Translations under genes and position numbers: made by a program
Assembly (NCBI GenBank): GCA_964491875.1
Contig: CAZBIC010000015.1
Span: forward strand, 57,856 to 121,855
Length of the DNA stretch: 64,000 nt
Direction: 5' to 3'
Origin: an uncultured Bifidobacterium sp.
GTDB taxonomy: Bacteria > Verrucomicrobiota > Verrucomicrobiia > Limisphaerales > JADJPG01
Shown: positions 57,854 through 64,000 of the stretch, piece after piece
How the letters are laid out: each line of letters opens with the position of its first letter
Numbering within the stretch: position 1 is the first letter of the stretch
The notes under the pieces: model-generated
What the model was told of the DNA's origin: nothing
The model's input: the letters and a program-made list of their open reading frames with translations, nothing else
Database searches by the model: none

Positions 57854-58615
57854 TCAGGGAAGCGGCTTCAGTTTGATGTTCTTGAACCAGCACGGGCTGC
57901 CGTGATCCTGGAGACCAATGTAGCCGCGCTGCGGATGGTCTTTGTAGGCGACGTCGAACTTGTGCGCGCTGCCATCCGGACGTTTGTTCGCTTCCAGAAA
58001 CAAATCGAAATCACCGCGCGTCACCGGCTCGCCGTTCAACACCACTTCGACGCGATTGCTGATGCACGCAATCTCCATCTGGTTCCAGTCGCCCACCGGC
58101 TTCATCGCGTTCTTCACCGGCTTCACGAGATCGTAAAGCGAGCCAGTGTCGTGGAAACCCGCCTCCTTCGTGTCATCAATCGCAATCTCGATTCCATTGA
58201 ACCCGACGTCCTTGCCGGGCCGAGGCTCCAGCGACGCCGTACGCACGAACACGCCGCTGTTGCACTTCGCGCTGATCTTGAAGTCGAGCTTGAGCACGAA
58301 GTTCGCCCACTGCTGCGTGTGCACGAGCATGTAGTGCCCGCTCTTGTGCGGCTGCAAACTCCCCTGCTCCACCGAAGTCTTGCTCGGCTTGCGATCACTC
58401 GTCATCCAGCCCGCCGTCGATTTTCCATCGAAGATCAGCAGCCAGCCATCGCGAGCTTCCGCTTCGGACAATTCGTTGTCCGCCGCAATCGCCCGTGGCG
58501 CGACGAGCGCGATGCCTGTGACCAGAACCAGCCCGCAAAAGCGTCGTGTCTGCCGGAACGCGCTGGATACCAAACGCCGAGAGTTCATGTTCGAGACCAT
58601 TTGTGCTCCTGCCAT
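57854..58615 (-). CDS. DUF1080 (3-keto-disaccharide hydrolase family) secreted protein
   Basis: LIFDGK...GW, NSGVF, TGSLYD, WN and GYIGLQDHG...FKNIK motifs. Confidence 0.9.
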   Translation of the reverse strand: MAGAQMVSNMNSRRLVSSAFRQTRRFCGLVLVTGIALVAPRAIAADNELSEAEARDGWLLIFDGKSTAGWMTSDRKPSKTSVEQGSLQPHKSGHYMLVHTQQWANFVLKLDFKISAKCNSGVFVRTASLEPRPGKDVGFNGIEIAIDDTKEAGFHDTGSLYDLVKPVKNAMKPVGDWNQMEIACISNRVEVVLNGEPVTRGDFDLFLEANKRPDGSAHKFDVAYKDHPQRGYIGLQDHGSPCWFKNIKLKPLP

Positions 58616-58681
58616 AGTTGGGACGCCTCTTTATTCCGGCACCGCCCGGAACTGGCAAGGTCAAAGCACCCCGAACCAAAA

Positions 58682-58888
58682 CTAGGACGCCTTCCGGCAG
58701 CTCGGACGCACCATCGACAGCGGCCGGCGGAGATGCGTGATCACCCATTCCTGCGCCTCGACGCGATCCGCCATCGACCCGCCTTCCAGGTAAAGGTTGT
58801 TTTCGTGGTAGACCACCCGCGCCTCCCCGAAGATGCCCAGCAGGACGCTCTTTTCCTTTTCAGCAAACTCCGCAATTCGATTCTTCAT
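58682..58888 (-). CDS. Small hypothetical protein
   Basis: 68 aa MKNRIAEF...FGEARVV...LEGGSMADRVEAQEWV; same strand as its neighbours and fills the gap. Confidence 0.55.
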   Translation of the reverse strand: MKNRIAEFAEKEKSVLLGIFGEARVVYHENNLYLEGGSMADRVEAQEWVITHLRRPLSMVRPSCRKAS

Positions 58889-58996
58889 GCCCGCCAGTCT
58901 GGACCAGACCGTCAGACATCCGCAGGGGCACCCAAAAGTTTCCGTAAATTCGCCGAGAAAAAGCGCGGCGAACGCCGGCCACGGAAAGCCGTGGAC

Positions 58997-60334
58997 CTAC
59001 ACCAACTCCAGACCGCGCATCGTGCCGGTGGAGGAGGCGAACTTGTCCGTCTCCAGGCCCATGCGTTGCAGCATCGAGACAAAGAGATTCGGCAGCGGAT
59101 AATTGTGCTGGGTGTCGAACGCCAAATGCTGGCCGTGCTTGAACCCGCCGCCAGCGAAGATCGTCGGCATGTTCGTCGTGACATGGGTGTTCGCGTTGCC
59201 GAGGTTCGACCCGTAGAGAATCATCGTGCGATCCAGCAACGTGTCGCCGTCTTCCTTGACCGCCTGCAATTCGCTGAACAGCTCGGCCAACAGCTTCATG
59301 TGCCACTCGTCAATGTTCTTCAACTGCGCGAGCTTCTCCTTCGATTTGCCGTGGTGCGAAAGGTTGTGATATCCGTCGCTTGTCTTCACTTCACCGAACT
59401 CGATGGCCGGAGAATTCACGCTATCGAGCAGCAGCGACACGGAGCGCGTGGAATCCGTCTCAAACGCCATCCGCGCCATGTCATACATCAGCTTCACCTT
59501 GTCCATGTACGCCTTCGGACTCGCCGGATCGAGCGGCACCGGCGCGCTGACTTTCGGCTTCGGGCGATCCTCCCATTCACGCGACATCTGCATCCGTTGC
59601 TCCAGGTCACGCACGCTGGTGAAGTATTGATCCAGCCGGTCGCGATCGCGCGCGCCGACCTTGCGTTGCAAATCCTTCGCCTGCCCGGCAACCGCATCGA
59701 GAATGCTCTGTCCCGTCTCCAGCTTGCGCACCTGCGCTTCTGTCTCGGACTTCGTGCCTTGCAGGAACATGCGGGCGAACACATCCGCCGCCTTTTCCTC
59801 ACACGGAATCAGCACGCCTGAACCGGTCCACGACAGCGATCGAATGCCTTGCTGAACGTTCACGCCGAGCGTGAGCGACGGAAACCGCGTGAGATGCCCG
59901 ATGCGTTCGCTGATGTATTGATCGAGCGAAATGGTGTTCCTGAAGCCAGCACTGCCCGGATGCGGTGCAGCGGTGAGAAAGCAATTGTCCGCCGGATGCC
60001 CGCCATCGACCTCCGGATGCGACACGCCGCTGAAGACTGTGAACCGATTCTGATGCGACTTGAGCAGTTCGAGGTAAGGAGACATCGCGTAGCCACTGCC
60101 GGCGTTCTTCGGGAAGAAATGTTCCGGCAGCAGACCCAGGTTGTTGCAGATGCCGAAGAACCGGCGCGGCTTTCCACCCGGCGTCGCCGCTGCATCCTTC
60201 AAGGCCGACTTCATCACACCCGCGAACGCCGGAGTCATCGCGTCCAGCAACGGCAGCGAAAGGGCGATGCCCGCACCGCGGAGGAAGTTACGCCGGGAAA
60301 GCGCAGGGCGAGTCGAGACAAAAGGGGCATTCAT
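58997..60334 (-). CDS. DUF1552 domain protein (Tat-exported)
   Basis: LSRRNFLRG Tat signal, LPLLDAM, ISLDQ, YHNLSHH, TLLDRT and GNANTH motifs. Confidence 0.9.
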   Translation of the reverse strand: MNAPFVSTRPALSRRNFLRGAGIALSLPLLDAMTPAFAGVMKSALKDAAATPGGKPRRFFGICNNLGLLPEHFFPKNAGSGYAMSPYLELLKSHQNRFTVFSGVSHPEVDGGHPADNCFLTAAPHPGSAGFRNTISLDQYISERIGHLTRFPSLTLGVNVQQGIRSLSWTGSGVLIPCEEKAADVFARMFLQGTKSETEAQVRKLETGQSILDAVAGQAKDLQRKVGARDRDRLDQYFTSVRDLEQRMQMSREWEDRPKPKVSAPVPLDPASPKAYMDKVKLMYDMARMAFETDSTRSVSLLLDSVNSPAIEFGEVKTSDGYHNLSHHGKSKEKLAQLKNIDEWHMKLLAELFSELQAVKEDGDTLLDRTMILYGSNLGNANTHVTTNMPTIFAGGGFKHGQHLAFDTQHNYPLPNLFVSMLQRMGLETDKFASSTGTMRGLELV

Positions 60335-60556
60335 AGGCTGTTCAGGTTTGTCGCTCCATTAAGGACGGTGGGCAAGGCGCAATTGTTGAGAAAAAGTTGA
60401 GGGCCCGTCCGGAAGCTACGAGGGGACGCCCGCCTACTCCGGAAAAAAAGCGCGAAACTTTTCTCCCCCTCTTCTTAAGAAGTGGATATGCGCAAATTGC
60501 ACCCATCAACACAATCGCCAGCCACCCAGGCACGAAGCCCTCATTCCGTCCAGCCC

Positions 60557-61939
60557 ATGAAAACCCGCCTTCTCCTCAGCCTTGCCGCAACGATCCTTCT
60601 CGCGTCTGCCACGCCAGAGACTTTCTCCCAAGGCAGCGCGTTCACCTATCAAGGACGCCTAGACACCTTTGGTGCGCCAGCGAATGGGTTGTACGACTTC
60701 TTATTCAGGCTTCACGATGCCCCCGTCGATGGCACGACCTTCAGTCCCGCCGTCCAGAATAGCCAGGTTCGAATCACGAACGGTTTATTCACCGCATGGC
60801 TCGCTTTTGGCGCGAACGCCTTCAACGGGCAGGAGCGCTGGCTGAGTATCTCCGTGCGCACCAATGGCAGCGTCAGCTACAGCCCTCTCACCCCACGCCA
60901 GCTTGTGACACCCGCGCCTTACGCAATTCATTCCGGCAGCGCGACCGTCGCCTCCGGATTGACCGGTAGCGTCACGGTACCAGGCACAATTACCGCGCTC
61001 GGATTCGTCGGTAACGGCGCCGGACTGACGAACCTTGGCACCAGCTCCGTCCGCCTGAACTCACTCGCCGCCGCGGACGGCACGCCCGCAAACGCGGTGT
61101 TTGTCGATGACGCCGGTCGCGTCGGCATGGGCACCACTCAACCCAGTGTCCGACTCTCGCTGGGCAGCGACGTCGGCGTGGAGAAACTCGCTGTCGCGGA
61201 TGGACCCCCAGGTCGCACCACCGGTTTTGGCGTCACGAACAACCTCTTTCGCTTCCACCTCGGCGACAAGGCGAACTGGTTCTCCTTCTTCATCGACGCC
61301 AGCGCTCCCAATCCACTGCTCACTCTCAGCAAGGCTGGGCAGATTGAAAACTTCGACAACTCGGGCAACAAGCGAGTGGAGATCGGCGGCACCGCGAACA
61401 ACTCGCGCCATGGCTCGGTGAGCGTCCACGACAGCAGCGGCATCGCGCGTGCATCCATGTCCGTCGACGCCGCCGGTAAAGGCCGGATCGTCTGCGACTA
61501 CATCCAGATCAATGGCGGTGCGGACATCGCGGAGCCCTTCGAAGTGCGACATGACTCAACGATTCAGCCCGGGATGGTCGTGGCCATCGATCCGGAACGT
61601 CCGGGCGAACTGCGCCTCACTACCCGCGCGTACGATCCCACGGTCGCCGGCATCATCAGCGGCGCGAACGGAATTCTCCCCGGTCTCATGCTGCAGCAGA
61701 AAGGCACGCTCGCCACCGGCAAACATCCCGTCGCGCTCACCGGACGCGTCTGGTGCCACGTCGACGCCGATGCCGGAGGAGCCATTCAGCCCGGAGATCT
61801 CCTGACGACATCCGACGAACCGGGCCACGCGATGAAGGCTGTAGATCGCCAGCGCGCACCCGGTGCCATTATCGGCAAGGCGATGACGCCGCTCGCCAGC
61901 GGCAAAGGTCTCGTGCTCGTGTTGGTCAGCCTGCAATAG
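60557..61939 (+). CDS. Secreted fibre-like protein (FTYQGRL N-domain, fibre motifs, C-terminal chaperone-like domain)
   Basis: Signal peptide; FTYQGRL...PRQ....PYA; FVGNGAGLTNL; GRVGMGTTQP; ADIAEPF...VALTGRV...GDLLTTS..GHAMKA...IIGKAM. Confidence 0.75.
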   Translation: MKTRLLLSLAATILLASATPETFSQGSAFTYQGRLDTFGAPANGLYDFLFRLHDAPVDGTTFSPAVQNSQVRITNGLFTAWLAFGANAFNGQERWLSISVRTNGSVSYSPLTPRQLVTPAPYAIHSGSATVASGLTGSVTVPGTITALGFVGNGAGLTNLGTSSVRLNSLAAADGTPANAVFVDDAGRVGMGTTQPSVRLSLGSDVGVEKLAVADGPPGRTTGFGVTNNLFRFHLGDKANWFSFFIDASAPNPLLTLSKAGQIENFDNSGNKRVEIGGTANNSRHGSVSVHDSSGIARASMSVDAAGKGRIVCDYIQINGGADIAEPFEVRHDSTIQPGMVVAIDPERPGELRLTTRAYDPTVAGIISGANGILPGLMLQQKGTLATGKHPVALTGRVWCHVDADAGGAIQPGDLLTTSDEPGHAMKAVDRQRAPGAIIGKAMTPLASGKGLVLVLVSLQ

Positions 61940-61963
61940 CGTCACACTCAACTTCACACCGCC

Positions 61964-63217
61964 ATGAAGATAAATCTCCTTTCGGACGCCTTTAAGTGGT
62001 GGAGAACGCGTCGCCTCCTCACCATCGCCTCCGCCCTCGCGCTGCTGTTCACGCTGCCCGGCGCGCAGGGCCTCGATTGCACCACCTTCAAAGTCTGGTC
62101 CTTCAACATCCGCTACAACTACGGCGGGGTGTGCTTCAGTGATTGCGAGAACGAGTGGTATCGATCCGGCGGCCGGATTGCCCGGCGCGACGTTGTCGAG
62201 AGCTACATGAAAGCGTTCTCGCCGGATATCTTCGGCCTCCAAGAAGTGCGGGATCCCGTCCCTCTGTCCGGCACCCGCGCCTCCCAACTGAACGACGTTG
62301 CGAGCTGGTTTCCGAATCACGATCTCTACGCCCGCGACCGTGGCGATGGTGAGCACTGCGCCATCTTCTACCGCACGACGCGCTTCGCCCGCATGAACGC
62401 CGGCACTTTTTGGATCAGCTGCTTTCCTGATGTCCCGGAAACGAAGTATCCACTTGATGACGCAGGCGGCCACTCCCAACGCATTGTCTCCTGGGTGCAA
62501 CTGTTTGACGCACTGACCAGCACCACCGTGTTCGTTTTCAACACTCATTGGTCACACATCTACAGCCAGTCGCAATCCTACGCCGCGGCCTTGCTGCGGC
62601 AACGCGCCTACCAGATCGCCGGTGGCCAACCCGTGATCATCCTCGGCGACATGAACTGCGCCGAAAACAGTAATCCTTTCAAGATCCTCACTGCGGAAGC
62701 GAACTACGCAGGAAGCGAGGAATGCATCATTCAACCCGTCGCCGTCCCGCGAACCAGTCTTCAACTCGCAAACAGTTTCCGTCAGGCCAATCCAGCGGTC
62801 TCGGCCGATGAAGGCACCTTCCACAACTTCACCGGTAATACTGGCGGCGACCGGATCGATCACGTCCTTCACACCACCAACGACTTCGTCGCTCAGTTCG
62901 GAACCATCCGCCGCGATTCGTATCCAGGCCATTGCAGTGACACCACGTGCTACCCCTCCGATCATTTCGCCCTGGAAATTCTTTTCAGGCCGTTGCTGAC
63001 GTCAGTGTTCGTGAAATTCAGTGCCAGTGAAATCAATTGCGAGGTCGGTAGCGCACTGTCGCCGTTCAACACCATTGAGGAAGGACTCAGCACCGTGAAG
63101 TCCGGCGGCACCATCGTCCTCGCGGCAACCTCGAAAAACTCCAGCATGCTGATTAACCCCAGCCGCGGCCCCGTCACGATTACGTCCGCCGGCGGAACCT
63201 CCGTCCTCGGCAAATGA
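61964..63217 (+). CDS. Secreted Cys-rich EEP-family protein with extra C-terminal domain
   Basis: SFNIRY, GLQE, NTHW, GDMN, RIDHV and PSDHF motifs; tail GSALSPFNTIEEGL. Confidence 0.85.
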   Translation: MKINLLSDAFKWWRTRRLLTIASALALLFTLPGAQGLDCTTFKVWSFNIRYNYGGVCFSDCENEWYRSGGRIARRDVVESYMKAFSPDIFGLQEVRDPVPLSGTRASQLNDVASWFPNHDLYARDRGDGEHCAIFYRTTRFARMNAGTFWISCFPDVPETKYPLDDAGGHSQRIVSWVQLFDALTSTTVFVFNTHWSHIYSQSQSYAAALLRQRAYQIAGGQPVIILGDMNCAENSNPFKILTAEANYAGSEECIIQPVAVPRTSLQLANSFRQANPAVSADEGTFHNFTGNTGGDRIDHVLHTTNDFVAQFGTIRRDSYPGHCSDTTCYPSDHFALEILFRPLLTSVFVKFSASEINCEVGSALSPFNTIEEGLSTVKSGGTIVLAATSKNSSMLINPSRGPVTITSAGGTSVLGK

Positions 63218-63651
63218 TCCCGCGCCTCATGAAACCTCTCCTCCTCCTGCTCGTCACCGGTTTCGCCGCTCACGCGCAGACCTACTCAATCCCTTGGTCG
63301 AAGATCGCGGGTGGTGGCGGCACCAGCACTGGGGCTGTCTTCGCGGTTCACGGAACCATCGGTCAACACGATGCCGATGGACCGTTCACCAACAATACCT
63401 ACTCGGTCACTGGCGGCTTCTGGATTCTACCTGTCGCGGTTCAAGCGTCCGGCGCCCCCACGTTGAGCATCGCTCCGGGCGCGCCCGGACAAGCCGTCAT
63501 CTCCTGGACACCGGCCACACCCGGTTACCTGCTGCAAGAGTCGACCAGCCTCAACCCAACGGAGTGGTTGAACGCTCCAAGCGGCTCCTCGAATCCCGCC
63601 ATCGTCCCCGCTGGTCCTACTGCCAAGTTCTACCGTCTGCACAAACCGTAA
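63214..63651 (+). CDS. Small secreted protein (GGGTS-GTIGQ-GGFW domain plus FYRL C-terminal module)
   Basis: Signal peptide, YSIPWSKIAGGGGTS, GTIGQHDA, GGFW, and LQESTSL...W...KFYRL. Confidence 0.8.
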   Translation: MIPRLMKPLLLLLVTGFAAHAQTYSIPWSKIAGGGGTSTGAVFAVHGTIGQHDADGPFTNNTYSVTGGFWILPVAVQASGAPTLSIAPGAPGQAVISWTPATPGYLLQESTSLNPTEWLNAPSGSSNPAIVPAGPTAKFYRLHKP

Positions 63652-63716
63652 GGATCGCCGGGACGTTTAGCTGCGACTTGGCCCTCAGTATCCGTCCCCA
63701 GTCCGAGCCACCGCGA

Positions 63717-64000
63717 TTATCGCTCCGCTGGCGCGAATGAAATGTTCCCCAGCACCGCCGCTTGAACCGACGGAGGTCCATCCACCGGAACGAACGGTCC
63801 AAAGTGCTGATCGTTCGCGAGCGTCACGATTGTCGAAGCGTCACGAGTCAGCCTCGTCGGCGGCGTGAAGGTGGTTTGGTAACGCGCGCCGCGGCTCACG
63901 CGGACGTCGTCCACCGAACCGCGCCAGTAGATTAGTGGGTAGGAGAAGTTGTAGGTATTGAAAGCGCCGTTCGGTCGCGCGCCGATGAACAGCGATTTGT
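63717..64000 (-). CDS. C-terminus of a LamG/ConA-like jellyroll protein (5' end outside window)
   Basis: Open frame to the window edge: LFIGARP...WRGSVDDVRVSRGARYQTTFTPP. Confidence 0.75.
   Translation of the reverse strand, partial: KSLFIGARPNGAFNTYNFSYPLIYWRGSVDDVRVSRGARYQTTFTPPTRLTRDASTIVTLANDQHFGPFVPVDGPPSVQAAVLGNISFAPAER

Noticed and set aside
60557-61939. Prophage tail-fibre gene
   Set aside because: It has a Sec signal peptide and no phage structural, lysis or integrase genes are nearby.

Overview
GC-rich bacterial chromosomal window, most consistent with Verrucomicrobiota (Pedosphaera/subdivision-3-like). The basis is a VPDSG-CTERM protein, DUF1552 and DUF1080 genes, Ig/MBG-rich secreted proteins and many sugar-acid enzymes. 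It holds about 55 CDS and one initiator tRNA-Met. Housekeeping genes are proC, ispF, gltX, rpmH-rnpA-yidD-yidC-jag, gatCA, rpiB and bcp. Carbohydrate or sugar-acid genes include uxaE, an aldo/keto reductase, a LarA homologue, glycerate kinase, a NagB-like/PIG-L/Gfo operon and a DUF1080-SDR-GlpF-epimerase operon. There is also a CzcCBA-type metal efflux operon and several large secreted repeat proteins. No integrase, transposase, CRISPR array or rRNA was seen. The best candidates for undescribed biology are: (1) a DUF2946-like Cys/His leader ORF ending in an RAPP-like motif in front of czcCBA, possibly a metal-sensing ribosome-arrest switch; (2) an FTYQGRL fibre-like gene plus a small GTIGQ/GGFW partner with an EEP enzyme between them; (3) a shared 'S..L..W...FYR' module in three secreted proteins, possibly a lineage-specific sorting domain; (4) an HdrA-like/ferredoxin gene pair divergent from rpmH; (5) a Cys-free FmdB zinc-ribbon homologue. 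All calls come from manual motif recognition; no database search was run.
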